This document shows positions 38,379-52,450 of a DNA stretch of 64,000 nt, piece after piece. Position 1 is the stretch's first letter; every line of letters starts with the position of its first letter. A program made the translations under genes and the position numbers. Under the pieces are notes generated by a model that saw only the letters and a list, made by a program, of their open reading frames with translations, ran no database searches and was not told the origin of the DNA. This DNA is from Eledone cirrhosa (Eukaryota). Where the stretch lies: the NCBI GenBank assembly GCA_964016885.1, contig OZ024760.1:7626001-7690000 (forward strand), given 5' to 3'.

Positions 38379-38964
38379 CTGGGAAAGAAAATAGAAAATA
38401 TCATAGCTTTTCATATAAATGGCTTTGTGCAGGTGCCAAAACAGAAAAAGAAACACCCAGTTCCACCTTATAAGGTGATTGTACTGCTACCACAAAAAAA
38501 AAAAGAAGAACAATAGCACCTAGCCCACCCTATAAAGTTGTTGTATTTGTACATGGGCCATAACAACAGCAACAAAAATGCATCCAGTTCACTATCTAAA
38601 GTGGTAGTATTAGTGCCATGGAAAAAGCACCCACCCCACTCCATAAGGTGGTAGTATTGGAGCAAAGGCAAAAAACACCAAGTCCACTCTGTAAGTTGGT
38701 TGTACTCATACTGGTGCCACAAAAAAAAAACCCCCCAAAAAAACCTCCCAGTCCACACTGTAGAGTGACTGGCATTAGGAAAGGTATCTCGACATATAAA
38801 ACTCAGCCAAAAACAGAACATATGTGCAAGATATGGTCACTTGATCCGTCTAGCTTCAGTATTTTAACAAGCCATCTAACCCATGCAATCATGAGAAACA
38901 GATGTTAATAAAGATAGTGATGATAATGATGATGATCTGACAAGTGAAATGAAACATTACTCAC

Positions 38965-39045
38965 CTAACAAAAATAAAGATGGTCCATAATATTCAGCAT
39001 TACTTATAATATGCTTGAGAGACTGTGGTAAAGAACCATCCATTA
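38965..39045 (-). CDS. HUWE1: HUWE1 exon 18
   Basis: [27 protein letters not shown]. Confidence 0.95.
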
Positions 39046-40480
39046 CTGAAATATTAAACACAAAGCAATCAACATAAAATATAGGCAAAAGAAAAATAAA
39101 TGAAAAATTTAATGCATTCCTGAGTCTAACATCAATCAGTAAGCCACATGCCTTAGTAAAGACCCCCTTTGCACCTAAATATTCCCCTCTGAGGCACAAG
39201 TCTGGGCAAGGTTTTTGTGGAAAACCAACATGTATACCAGTCTTCCCTCTCCATGCCACCGATGTTGTCCAAGGAAAAGGCAATGGCCAATGCAGCTTGG
39301 CAGCTGTGACATCGCAACTCATTTCTACAACCGAGTGAACTGGAGCAACATGAAATAAAGTGTCTTGCTCAAGAATACGATGCCTTATCTGGTCACAACC
39401 TGACAATTGTAAGCCCAACACTAACCACCAATCCTACATGATTAAAGGAAGCCCATTGAGTCAAGTGCTAACTCCTGAAAGTAAACTGCCCCCCAGTTTT
39501 ACAATACAAAACCATTTTAAAGAGTTTATATTTATCTAAAATCCTTCCATCAAAATTCTATGTAAGAACTGTTTTAAGTTATATTCCCAAACACCAAATA
39601 AATAATGAGAAAATTACTTATTCTACTAAAACCCTTCAAATTATTAACTATTTTAAAAATTATTTGAAAATCATAGGCAGTGTCTTTAATAAGAAACATG
39701 GTAATGAAAGGGTTAAATTATATTCCAAACAACTTAATTACAAGAAAGTTAGTTACATTATGAAATCGTTCCAAATTGATTATTTTCAAGATTATTTCGA
39801 AATCATAGACACTGTCTTTCATTAGAAATATGGAAACAAAATGGTGGAGGAATTAGTTGTATAAAGATTATCTTGTAGATTTATTTTTACTTTGAAATAT
39901 TGCAGACACACATACGAAAAAAAATTATAAAAAAAAAAAAAAAAGAAAAAACGGAAAAAAAAGGAGCACAGAAATAATGGCTCATTAACCCTTTAGCATT
40001 TAAACTGGCCAGAATTCTTTAACCACTTTCTGTTCGAACCAGCAGTAATCAGCCACTCGTACTAATGTTACGGTACTGTTCTCAAAATAAATAACATTAT
40101 GCGAGATAAAGCCTTTACCACAAAAATACAATAGTAGTGTACCCCCACCATTCGGGGTCCCAGTTATCCACAGCATTTTCCTTAGAACCTAACTAATAAT
40201 TGTTCGTGGAAATCGCTGCATATTCGCGGAATCGTAAATATCTTCCGCAATTTTTTTTAATGGCTTTTTAACACTAAATTATTAACAATATACCATATTT
40301 GCTGGCCTATATTTTACGTAACTGGCCACTCATACTGATGTTAAGGTATTGTTCTCAAAATAAATAACATTAAAATCACATGGCTTCGATATTATGCGAG
40401 ACAATTATATAAGGTAAAGTTTACCGTGAAAATACAATAGTAAATATAAAGTAATGTAAATGCTAAAAGGTTAAACTTAC

Positions 40481-40582
40481 AATGTCTGATGCTTTCTGAA
40501 AAGGAGCTGTCTGGAATAGCTTTCTTCAAAAAATTTAACATTGATTTTAATAATGCAGCTCTTTGTGGGAAACATTGCACGC
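40481..40582 (-). CDS. HUWE1: HUWE1 exon 17
   Basis: [34 protein letters not shown]. Confidence 0.95.
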
Positions 40583-41812
40583 CTAAAAGAAAGAAAAAAA
40601 ATTATTACTTTTTACAATTGAATGGTTAGCAGTTTGAAGAGTATGTAGCTGTAGAGAAAAAAATATTAAAGATATCTAGGCTTGGGAAAGTATAACAATC
40701 AATCATTATTTATTATTTCAAATGGAAATATAGAGGAACGATCGACTTTCGTCAAATTGGTCTTTCCAATTGCTAGTACTATCTATCGATCACAACTCCA
40801 GCTAGAAGGAGCAACGTGAAATAAAGTGTCTTGCTCAAGGACATAACACATCGCCTGGTCCGGGAATCGAACTCACAACCGCCCGATTGCGAATCCAATT
40901 CTCTAACCACTCAGTCACACGCTTTCAGATGGAATAATAGAACACAGAGAAATATGTGTACATACATAAACCATATTAAAATAAATGTTTCTACGTTTGG
41001 CACAAGGCCAGCAATTACACCAGTGCATTACTGGTACTTTATTTTATCAACCCCGTAATGGGGATTTGAACTCAGAACGTAAAGGCGCCATAACTATGCT
41101 GCAAATCAGTGTCTGACGCTCAACTGATGCTGCCAATCCGCCGTCCTTAAAATCCATATTAAAATAATGTCAATCTTACAAGGGAGATAAAATAAGAGCT
41201 GCCCAAGCATTTCTATCATTGGCTTTTTCCTAAATTGCAGTGACTTTTGCATTCAGTTCTTTTGTGACCATTCTTTGGAATGAGGTCTTTGTCTCTTACG
41301 GCGACCTCCTGGTAGTTGATGTAACAGAAGACACTCAGCATGGAAGTTACTAATTGGAAAGTATATAGCAGTCATTTTTCTTTCTCCCTCCTTCACAAAG
41401 GTTTTAATGAACTAGCCAAGCTTTTAAAAAGAAAAACAAGACAGCTGTAATCATTCTCTCATCATGGATGTTGTCCAACCATCTGGCTCACGGTCTCTAC
41501 ACATGAATGAGACTCCAGCCAGTTGGTTTTTGCCCCCGTAAAGTCTGTATAATCTTGGAATGAAAATTTTGACAGGGTTCGGCATGGCCAGCTGGCCTGT
41601 CCCTCCTCATAAAGGAGCCATCCAGTTCCACACTGTAAAATACCCAGCCAAATTTATAGTCCTCGCCAGAGCAAGGTGCAACACTTGGTTAGCCCTGGCC
41701 AGACTTGCCTCCCATAGTCGACGACCCGTTTAATCCATGGAAGTGTGGAAAAATTGGCGTTAAACGGAAATGATGATGATGAGATAAATGTAAAGAGATT
41801 CTTCTAACTCAC

Positions 41813-42008
41813 CTGGCTTATCAACTTTTAATTCATTGATATCTACTTTGGGTAGAGCATCAGAAGTGGAAGCTTCTAGTCCATCCTGTCGGATGTTATC
41901 AGTTTCCATAGCTGATGGGGAATCCGGATTCACATCCATTGAGTTGTCATGGGATTTGGCTGGTCTGATTACAAAAGGCTGTTCTTTTCGGCAGACATTG
42001 ACTTCATG
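41813..42008 (-). CDS. HUWE1: HUWE1 exon 16
   Basis: HEVNVCRKEQPFVIRPAK...METD...KVDKP. Confidence 0.9.
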
Positions 42009-42735
42009 CTGGGAATCAAAATACACCCATAGGAATTAATATCATCTAAAAAGTACTGACACAATAGTTTTCATGCATGCAGGCAGGGGCTCTTAACTAT
42101 TGATCGAATCCTAGGGCACCATCATGAAATACAGCATGTCTAGGGACATTTGGACTTGGCTGAGCAAATCACTCAGTCTCGATATAGCTGATTTCTTTGA
42201 GAGATGGATGGTGGGGAAGAAGGAGAAAAGGAAAAGGGGTGTGAGAAAGAGGGAGATGGGGGAGATAGAGGTGGATGTGGAGAGAAAGAGTGAAGAAAGG
42301 GAGAAAGAGAGGGTAAAGGAAGAATTTACCACAGTATTCAATTGGTATTTTATCAACCTCGAAAGGATGAAAGGCAAAGTTGACCTGTTGACCTTGGTGG
42401 GATTTGAATACTCAGAAAGCTCCGAGTGCCAAAACAAATCATCAGCCACTCGACAGAGTGTATTGCGTGCACTTTATCATGGCACCAACACTAAAGAGAT
42501 TTGCTGTAACCTTAACGCAACTAAAGAACCTTCTCTACCCTACTTTGTCTCAGTACAATCACCAATCACATTATAGCATATACTGGGGAAAATTTCTTAT
42601 TTTTAACAGATTTTGTTAGAAAGAAATAGGGAATCCCTCAAGAAATATCGGTGTATTTTACCAATTGAAAAAGCTACACATTTAAAACTAAATATCAGTA
42701 AAACAAGGGAAAAGAGATTGAATCTTGACAAATAC

Positions 42736-42837
42736 CTCAAGTCTGTTTAAGAATGCATTTAAGCCGCCATGTCCTTGGAAAGCAGCCATATCCATATTTG
42801 TGATGAGATCAACAACTCTAACAGCACGGGTTACAAA
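42736..42837 (-). CDS. HUWE1: HUWE1 exon 15
   Basis: [34 protein letters not shown]. Confidence 0.95.
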
Positions 42838-43012
42838 CTGAAATACAAATTTGTTTATTGATAGATCAATAGACAAGACAACATACAGCTCCACACATAT
42901 ACATACACACACATACACATACATGTGTCTAGCTGCATGTGCACAGAACACAAACACCTAGCTGCATGTGCACAGAACACACCAACAAAGACAGAAACAG
43001 AATGCTCAGTTG

Positions 43013-43059
<47 letters not shown>

Positions 43060-43691
43060 CAAGTTTTATCATCAATTTCATATTTGGTTTTATTCAACTC
43101 GTGTGAAGATAATTTTATTACAAGCCACTTGACCAAGACAAAAGTCTTAACATCCTATATTGCATGAATTTCCATTGAAAAATAAACCTCATTTGGTCAT
43201 TCCATGAGGGTATCTTGGTCAGCCTATGAACTTTTCAGCTACATAACACAAGAGTTAAATATTGATTCTGTTCTTATACAAGCAGCTTACTTCAAAATAC
43301 AATCATCAGGAATTCAGTTTAAACTATGCTTGCACGTGTGTATGTCCCCGTGTCCGTAAAAAATAAACAGAAATAAAGCAAACAATACAGGTTCAGGGGC
43401 ACGCTGGTGCCTAAGGGCATGGTAGAGATGATATAATAGTGTATTAAATATCTAATGATACATATTACAAATATAGTAAAATAAAAAATATATATTTATT
43501 TATAAATAGTATATATTATATTGTTTCTATATACATTAACAATTTTATTTATTATATATTATTTACAATTTCATGTAGGCAGGTCTCTCTCTGGAAATAT
43601 GGTTGGGGGTTGCTGAGGGCATTGTGGCCGTGGCCCAAAAAGTTTGAAAAATTCTTATAGAAACAATTTACAAATGACTGACGCTACTTAC

Positions 43692-43777
43692 AGTGATATG
43701 CTCCTGGCCCTCACCATACCAATTAATGACTTTTAACAAAGATTCCATCATTCCACAGGAAACTAGGGCCTCACCTC
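43692..43777 (-). CDS. HUWE1: HUWE1 exon 14
   Basis: GGEALVSCGMMESLLKVINWYGEGQEHIT. Confidence 0.93.
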
Positions 43778-44627
43778 CTGGCGAAAGACGAAATGTAAAA
43801 CGAAAATCCATTACACAAAATTAGCAAAAATTCTGTCGCTCTTATTGGTTTTAGTCAATAGACAATGGCCATATTGGGGCAACACTGATTTTGCTGACCA
43901 TATCAAACTCATTTTTTTTTTTCAAGCCTGGTAGTTATTTTGAGAATCTTTTTTTTGTTAAGTCACTAAGTTACAGACATATGATGGGCTTCTGAATTTC
44001 CTGACCATCAAATTCCACCCACATCCATAGGACAACACTCTTCAAGGTGTCATGCAGTGGAACTTCAATCTCGAACCATAAGGCTGCAAAGCCAACACCC
44101 TAACCACGCAGTCACTTCATTAGAATTAGGCCAACAAATGACTGTTCTATGAATATTTCTTCCAAATTTATGTGGGAGGAGGGCCACATTCACACCCTTT
44201 TTAATATTTATTTTATAAGTGACCTCGCAACCATGAAACCAAAACTAACCACTAGGCCACACAAACCTTCAACAGACAAAACTAAAAACATCATTTTAGT
44301 TTGCTTTTCAATGCCTGTATGAGTTGGATGGACCCATATCCAGATTTTCTTTCCATTCATCAATGGTCCCAACATTTACACACACTGACACATTCATCCA
44401 ACAGAGCATGCTTGCTTCATTTCTCTCCCGCCTCCATATATCTTCTATATTTACTACCCATATTAATGAAACAAAATAAAATAACATCCCCCTAACAGAG
44501 CATGCTTTCTTCATTTCTCTCCAGCCACTGTAGATCCCTATATTTGCCACCCATATCAATGAAATAAAATGACATCCCTCCAAAACAGCATGCATATCAA
44601 TGAAACGAAATAAAATGAAGTACTCAC

Positions 44628-44708
44628 CACTCTCGTAACTGGCAAGGTGATAAAGAAAAGAAAACAACGCGGTAGCAAATAGTTGAGGGAAGGGAGTCAT
44701 GTTAGGAT
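44628..44708 (-). CDS. HUWE1: HUWE1 exon 13
   Basis: [27 protein letters not shown]. Confidence 0.94.
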
Positions 44709-45629
44709 CTGAAAGAAAAAAAAAAGTAACATTTACTAAAATAGCAATTTTAATATCACTTTGTTTTAATATAATTAAATAATTGTTTCTACGTTAGGCA
44801 CAAGGCCAGCAATTACCCAGTGTATTACTGGTACTTTATTTTATCGACCCCGTAAGGATGAAAGGCAAAGTTAACCTCGGCGGGATTTGAACTCAGAATG
44901 GCAAGGGCCGTAACTCTACGCGTCAAAGCATGGTGTCCGACCCTCTACCGATACTGCCCTGGTGTCCGACCCTCTACTGATACTGCCATGGTGTCCGACC
45001 CTCTACCGATACTGCCAAAATAATGTTTTCTGATTTAGGCATAAAGCCAACAATTTTGTGAGGAGCGGGAAAAGTCGATTTAATCAACCACAGTGCATTA
45101 CTGGTACTTCACTTTATTGACCTTGTAAGGGTGAAAGGCAAAGCTAACCTTGAAGGGATTTGAAATTGGAACGTAAAGGGAGAGAACTATATGCCACAAA
45201 GCATATTGTCCGACACTACTGATCCTGCCAATCCACCACCCTTAAATAATTGTTTCTACATTTGGTACAAGGCCAACAATTTTAAGGGGAGTGGAAAGCG
45301 ATTAAAATCAACCCCAGTGCATTACTGGTGCTTTAATGTACGAAGCATTGAGACAATTTAAGAATGTGTTTTGTCTTATGAAAGCTGCCACAATGCCGAT
45401 GGATCTTTTTTACTGGTTTCCATCATTATACAGGACAGTTTCAGGCAGTTTGCTATAAAAAGTGTTAAGCAATATAAAACAACAGGAATATGGGTCAAAA
45501 GACAACTTCTCTACACTCAAAAGAACGTATGTAAGCAGGATACAGACCCCTAGACCTAGCCCCACTTCAGTACTGACATCCAACCCTTGCTAGCAGGGAA
45601 AGCAGACATGATGAAGATGCTATACATAC

Positions 45630-45718
45630 CTATCATGCGCTGGATACAGTTTCTCACCAATACTGGCAAGAAGCCATGATATAGAGACGCGCCAGTAGCA
45701 TCTATTATTGCATTCAAT
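45630..45718 (-). CDS. HUWE1: HUWE1 exon 12
   Basis: [29 protein letters not shown]. Confidence 0.93.
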
Positions 45719-45844
45719 CTAGAAAAGAAAAGAAAGTGTTCAATAAGGATTTATTATGAAAACAATGATTGGTTCGTTTTTTTCCATAGGACATGAGAGG
45801 AATCAGATGCAGTGTACAAGAGTGTAGACTGTGCTGGTATGGAC

Positions 45845-46086
45845 ATGAGGTGTGCATGGATGTACGAATGTTGAGTGGAACAACAATGAGGTGTGCATGG
45901 ATGTACGAATGTTGAGTGGAACAACAATGAGGGCTCCATGTGGAAAGGCAAGAACTCCATGTGGAAGAACAGGGGCTCCATGTGGAAGGACAACAGGGGC
46001 TCCATGTGGAAGGACAACAGGGGCTCCATGTGGAAGGACAACAGGGGTTCCATGTGGAAGGACCGCAGGGGTTCCATGTGGAAGGA
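45845..46086 (+). repeat. Compound tandem repeats (~41-bp x2, ~24-bp x6)
   Basis: gtgtgcatggatgtacgaatgttgagtggaac; ggctccatgtggaaggacaacagg. Confidence 0.88.
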
Positions 46087-46374
46087 AGCTATAGGAGATC
46101 AAGCAAGAACTGAGCAAAAGCAGGGAGAAGGTGTATATGGGAATATATAATGTGGAAGGAAATAGAAGACCAAGAAAAACACGGCAAAAGATAACCGAGG
46201 AGGAAAAAATGAAAATCATGGAGGTTGATGAAAGGAGATGCAATAGGCAAATAAGAGAAATAGGGACCTGCATGGCCAGCTATAACAAGGAAAATAGTTG
46301 TAAAACGTTTGTTGTGCATTTAAAAAAAAAAAAGAGGGTGGGCAGTATTTTCTGTGAGGGAACAAAATACTTAC

Positions 46375-46436
46375 TTTGGGTTTCTTTCTAAATGTATTAT
46401 TGATGTTAGAGTCCGTAATGCAGCAGCCTTGATATC
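46375..46436 (-). CDS. HUWE1: HUWE1 exon 11
   Basis: DIKAAALRTLTSIIHLERNPK. Confidence 0.93.
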
Positions 46437-47242
46437 CTGCAACAATACAATCAATACAATTAAATGTGTGCAATGATATAAGATGAATTAAAATCTTCCA
46501 ACATAATTTTATATGAGAACAATCAAGTTAAATTATTTTCTTAGTAGTGAACTAAATTCTTAACCTTTAGCATTTACATTACTTTATATTTACTATTGTA
46601 TTTTCACAGAAAAGGCTTTATCTCACATGATATTGAATCTTTGAGATTTAGATGTTATTTATTTTAAAATACCTTAACATAAGTATGAGCGGCCAGGCAT
46701 GGCCGGTTTTAACAGAATGAGGTGAGAGAATTCTGGACAGATACAACTGGTTTAAATGCTAAAAAAAGGGTTAAGTTAAATTATTTTCTTAGTAATGAAA
46801 TAAATTCTTAATTCAAATAGAATATTTTTTAATTGGAAATATAACCACAAAAAGGTTAAGGTGTTCATAAATATTATGGGACCCTTCAGCTGTGTCAAAG
46901 ACACGACAACATTCCTAGTGTTGGTGATCTACATGGTAAACAATCACCCAGTGCACCCTGTAAAGTGGTTGGTGATAGGAAGGGTATCATGCTGTAGAAA
47001 ACCTGCCAAACAGAGAGTAAGAAGGGAACTTCAGCTGTGTTAAAGACATGACAACTTTCCTAGTGCTAGTACCATGATAAAATGCACTTAGTAGAGCACA
47101 GGGTTGTATGCCGGTCCCCTGGCGCACCAGGATGTCAGAAGCTCCACTTGAGTACTGGCTGGTCTCTGATATGTCCAACACTTGCTAGCAGGGACAAGGG
47201 ATGTTACATGATGATGATGATGATGATTAAGAGATTACTCAC

Positions 47243-47343
47243 CACAATATCCATATCTTTTAATTCAATTATATCGACCAGTTCTTCAATAAGACCAGGA
47301 TATAGCAAGGCATTCATATTGTCTTGAATGGCATTAGAATACA
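47243..47343 (-). CDS. HUWE1: HUWE1 exon 10
   Basis: VYSNAIQDNMNALLYPGLIEELVDIIELKDMDIV. Confidence 0.93.
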
Positions 47344-47538
47344 CTAAAAACAAAAAAAGAGAAAATTAAATAAACATCAAATACAAAGCAAACAAAGAGA
47401 GGGGGGTAAGCAGTTCAGAGGTTAATCCAATGGGTAAATTCCCAATCACAGTCATGTTATAATCTCACAGCCAGCATATATATAAAAAGTTTTAATTTCA
47501 AGAATAACCTTTTTGTCAGGGCAAATGATCAATCATCA

Positions 47539-47868
47539 TCATTTCATTTTACGTCCGCTTTTCCCTGCTTGCAAGGGTGGGACGGGAACTGATTCTGGCT
47601 CGATTTCTACAGCTGGATGCCCTTCCTAACACCAACCTCATTTACAGTGAGTGCTGGGTGATTTTTTGCCGTGGCACCTACACGACCACTTTGCAGTGGA
47701 ATGATAGGGACCCCAGTCCCTATCATCTCATTTCTACAGCTGAGTAAACTGGGGCAATGTGAAATAAAGTGTCTTGCTCAAGGAAACAACACATCACCCG
47801 GTCTGAGAATTGAACTCACAACCTTTCGATTGCAAGGCCAATGCTCTAACCACTAAGCCATGTGCCTT
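47539..47868 (-). mobile_element. Young CORE-like SINE
   Basis: same family as 1747-2064. Confidence 0.85.
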
Positions 47869-48656
47869 CATCAATATATATATATATTTACATACATACA
47901 TGGTGGCTGCCAACTCGTTTTCGAGTACGGCCACTACTTTATATCCATGTAGGAGAACCCCTACCGATGCGCTGAACGAGTGCGACTTTTTAGTCCAGCC
48001 AGCGACTTGAAAACTCTGGTACAAACACTACACTTGTGACAATTATTGACACATAGTGCTGGGCCCATGGTACCATGTAACGACAAGTACAGAGAGATCT
48101 CCAGATATAAAGCAATGCCTGTGCCGTGAAGCTTTTATAGTGAGCAAAGGCACTGCACAAAGCCAGTCCCACTCTCTTAACCAAGATGATATTTACCAAA
48201 AAGAAGAACAAGTCAACATCATTGGATACCATCAGGGTTGCAGGTGTTATATCAGTTTTCCTTCTCCTAGAATTCTGCCTTGACAAAGGCTAAGGGGTCA
48301 TCTCTCTCGGACACACACACACACACATACATATATCAACAGTCAATTGACAAGATCCCGGACCTTATTCGCTTAACAAGTGGGGTTAGAGCTCGTCAAA
48401 TCAGACCAAGGGAACAATGTTTCCATTGGTCTTTTCAATTGCTAATGCCATCTACCAATCGGCAGAAGGAGCAACGTGAAATGAAGTGTCTTGCTCATTG
48501 CCTGGTCCTGGAATCAAACTTACTACCTCACAATTGTGAATCCAATACTCTAACCACTCAGCCCCACACCTTCATATATATATATGCACATATATAATTC
48601 TTTAGTTTTTTTTTTTAAATTAAAACTAAAAAAAAAAAAAAAAGTACATAACTTAC

Positions 48657-48756
48657 CAAGTACTGATAATGCCTGAAGTCTGGCCTGCACACATTGTATT
48701 CTAGCTTCATATTTGGAGAACAAATAAGCTAATCTAATATGAGTATATAGGAGCAT
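48657..48756 (-). CDS. HUWE1: HUWE1 exon 9
   Basis: MLLYTHIRLAYLFSKYEARIQCVQARLQALSVL. Confidence 0.94.
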
Positions 48757-49914
48757 CTGGAATGAAAGTTAAAAGGTACAATATTAGAATATTGACAAAT
48801 CGAGAAGAAAAAATATTTTTAATTTGAATTTTGATATTTTTCATAGATTTCAAATCTTAAATGTGTTTTATAGCTAGCTGACTGAACATGGGTTTACATC
48901 TAGAAAGTTCTTCTCCAAGGAATATGCCTGATCAAGGTGATTTGTGTAAGGCCAATCAGTCACCTAGGCATCCTAGTTTATCTCTCCATATCACCAACGT
49001 TGCCCAAGGCATAAGCCAATACAGCTTAGCACCAGTGATGGACGTCGCAATGTATTTTTTCTAGCAAAATTAACTAAATCAATGTGAAATAAAATATCTT
49101 GCTTAAGGATAATGTGCCGCTCTGTACCAGGATTGCGCTCATAATCATAAGCATAATACTCTAACCATTAAGCTACACACTCCTATATTCAAGCATAAAA
49201 CATCAATCCAGTTAAGTACAGAATGTCTAACTCCAGGTAGACATCATCATTATCAACATCATCGTTTAACATCCATTTTGACGGGTCAGATCCAGAGATC
49301 ACGTCTTGCTCATACAGATCTGTGTATTGGTTTGGTTTCTACAGTTAGATGCCTTTCCTAACACCAACTACATTACAGTGTGGACCGAGTGCTTTTTATC
49401 GTGGCATCGAAACAACCACTTTAGCGTGGGCCATGTGGTTTACGTTGTGCCATCAACACAACCAGTTTACAGTGTGTACACATCTTTAACCCTTTAACAT
49501 TCACATTACTCTACATATACTATTGTATTTATCTTATATAATTATCTCACATAATATCGAATCTACGAGATTTTGATGTTATTTATTCTGAGAACAACAA
49601 CATCAGTATGAGCAGTTAGTTACGGCTGGTTTGAACAGAAAGAAGGTGAGAGAAATCTGGCTAGATATGGCCGGTTTAAATGCTAAAAGGTTTTTTAAAT
49701 GATGAACAAGGACTCATCAGTGCTGGTGTCATAATGAAATACACCCAGTACACTCTAATGTGCAGGAACATACATAAGCAGGGTGTAGCCACATTTGGCC
49801 AGTCTCAGCACTGACTTGGTCTGTGACAATCTGTCCAGCTTATGCTAGCATTGTAAAAAAAAGAAGGATGACAAACTGTGATGATGAATGAAGATATTTT
49901 TATAATTAACTCAC

Positions 49915-50031
49915 CTGCCGGTCCTCTGGGATGCTGAAACTGTTAATTAATTCTTCCATAATTTCAGATGGCACTTTTCCACATTTGTCTACACTTTCCA
50001 TGTGAATACAGGTTATGACATTTGCAGAACC
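49915..50031 (-). CDS. HUWE1: HUWE1 exon 8
   Basis: GSANVITCIHMESVDKCGKVPSEIMEELINSFSIPEDRQ; AAG acceptor. Confidence 0.9.
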
Positions 50032-50143
50032 CTTTAAAAAAAAAAAAAAAACAGTTAGCAGTCAGTAAAACAGCACACAGAGGAGTGAACAACTTTCAAA
50101 AAACAAACAATATAAAGAGAATATATCAGACAATGTTGATGAA

Positions 50144-50241
<98 letters not shown>

Positions 50242-50403
50242 CATACATATATTAAAGACTTTAAACAATATGCTTTTTATGTATATATATATATATATAT
50301 ATATATAAAATCCTCATCATAGTTTTTGTCTATTTCTCTATGCTATCACGGATTGATAATTGTAGGTTTTGAAATAAAGTTTAATATGGTGCGTGATATT
50401 TAC

Positions 50404-50478
50404 CTTTTTTCCACTTTTTTCATCTTTGTTCTCGGCATAGAATTCAAAATGGAGTGTAGTAGCACTGGGAGAAAAATT
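50404..50478 (-). CDS. HUWE1: HUWE1 exon 7
   Basis: NFSPSATTLHFEFYAENKDEKSGKK. Confidence 0.93.
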
Positions 50479-51617
50479 CTGCAGCGACAAATAATTTAAT
50501 ATATTATTGTTATCATCATCATTATGAACACCCTATCTCTAATGAAATACATTCTATTCCAATTAGTTACCAATGGATTTACTAAAATTATTATTATTAA
50601 GATAGTAAGTTAACATGTTTCTTATATAAAATTATGCTGGAAGATTTTAATTCAAATAGGAACCTTCCAAGATGGGTGGTTTGGTTTCATAGAACCTGAG
50701 CTGGTTTAACCAATGGGAATTAAAAGGTTTAAATAATATAAATAGGCAGCGAATTGGCAGAGTCGTTAGAACGTCAGATAGAAATCTTTATGGTATTCGT
50801 TCTAGTTTTCTGCTCTCTGAGTTCAAATCCCATCGAGGTGAACTTTGCCTTTCATCCTTTTGAGGACAATAAAAAAAAAAAGTACCAGTCTAGTACTGGG
50901 TTCGATTCTTCCTTTATATGTCTTTTACATTTCCTCAATCTCACTTTCTATCTTTCTCTGGAAGAAATCTGCTGTACTAAGACCTGGAGAGGGATGGGCT
51001 CGCCCAGATTTAAAATGCCCAAGAAATGTTGTATATCAATACAGTGCCCCTATGACTATCAGGAGTTACAGAACCATACCATACCAATAATATATAACTA
51101 TTAAAGAGTATGGAAAGTTAGCCCGTCTGAAGTTCAAGTACAAGGAATTAACATATGTCATTCTAAGAAAACACAAGGGTCATGTGAAAACCACTTTGTG
51201 CTAACTTTGACGGAAATGATATTTTTATATCCTCCTCCAACCTAACTCGCTTTCTCTCAGTGTTGACAAGCAGGTTAGTGGTCAAATGCTGCTGTCTTTA
51301 GCTATCTATCAATCTAAGAACAAAAATATGTCATTTTTTGACGGGTACTATGCTAGTATACACATACACAAAAACGTACACTGCCCTGCACGTTCACCGT
51401 CCATCTCATTTTTTTTCTCTTGCTCTTGGTGACCCAATGAAAGAAAATCAGCTGTGTTTGAACCTGAAGAGAATAGAGACTCCATGAGGTTCAAATGCCA
51501 ATCAAAATATTACCACAGCACCCCTATGACTCCATAAAAAGTTAAAGAACTATGAGCTACTCAGAGAGAAGGAATAAAAAGTAAAATTCAAATAACTTTC
51601 GAAACAATGAAACTTAC

Positions 51618-51680
51618 GGAAACAGGTATATTTTTACAACACTCAGCAAGTCCAAAGCCATTTTCTTTTCCACCCCAACT
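51618..51680 (-). CDS. HUWE1: HUWE1 exon 6
   Basis: [21 protein letters not shown]. Confidence 0.94.
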
Positions 51681-52029
51681 CTGCAAGAAACACAAAAATT
51701 AAGGGATTTTGTGAACTGTAAATATTTAGCTTTAGAAATATATTTTTAAACTGTACTACTTTGGCGCATGTTCCTTATACTTTTGTATACCTTCCTTAAC
51801 CTCTTCAGTGCAGTAGATGAGACAACTCGTCCTAACATATTTGAACTCTTTTCCAACAGTTCATAACTTCAAACCTAGATGGGGTTACTAGTTTATTGAT
51901 GTGATGTTTGTCAATCAAAATAGTCATTTTACTAGGGAAAAAACCTGACACAGAAATTGTAGCTGTGTAAAATATACATGGCAATCAACAGGTTTGCTTC
52001 AGAAATAATTTCACCATAAAAACAGAAAA

Positions 52030-52450
52030 GTTTGTATGACAAAGAATTCAGTTATTCGAGCACAAGTGCTTCAAAGGGTTGCTACATATCCCAAACATGG
52101 AGCACAAAACAAAACAAACAGCTTTGTCAGGCAGCAAGCTAAATATGTTGGCAGACAGGAACCATTCTTTGCTATGGTGAAAAGATGGGAATGTGTCTGG
52201 AATGCTCATGTATACCACCACAACTCCTCGTCTAAAACCATTCTTCAGTTTAGGGTAGTCGAGGGAGGGCAAACGAGAGGCAGACAAAGAAAATCCTGGT
52301 CTGACAGCATCAATGACTGGCTTGGTCACTACACTGAGACCTTCCTGCACATGACAAAGAATAGAGACCAGTGGTGACAAATGACTGGCAAAACGTCTAG
52401 TGTGGCAGCCCAAAACCTGGCTGCACCAGTTGTAGGAACGAGGTGATGAA
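52030..52450 (+). mobile_element. RTE-clade LINE ORF2 C-terminal remnant (second family)
   Basis: KTILQFRVVEGGQTRGRQRKSWSDSINDW...NRDQW, typical RTE EG.R.RGR.RK.W...DR..W signature. Confidence 0.75.

Noticed and set aside
50022-50268. YIYI/CVCV/THTH-rich ORFs throughout
   Set aside because: Translations of (TA)n and (CA)n microsatellites
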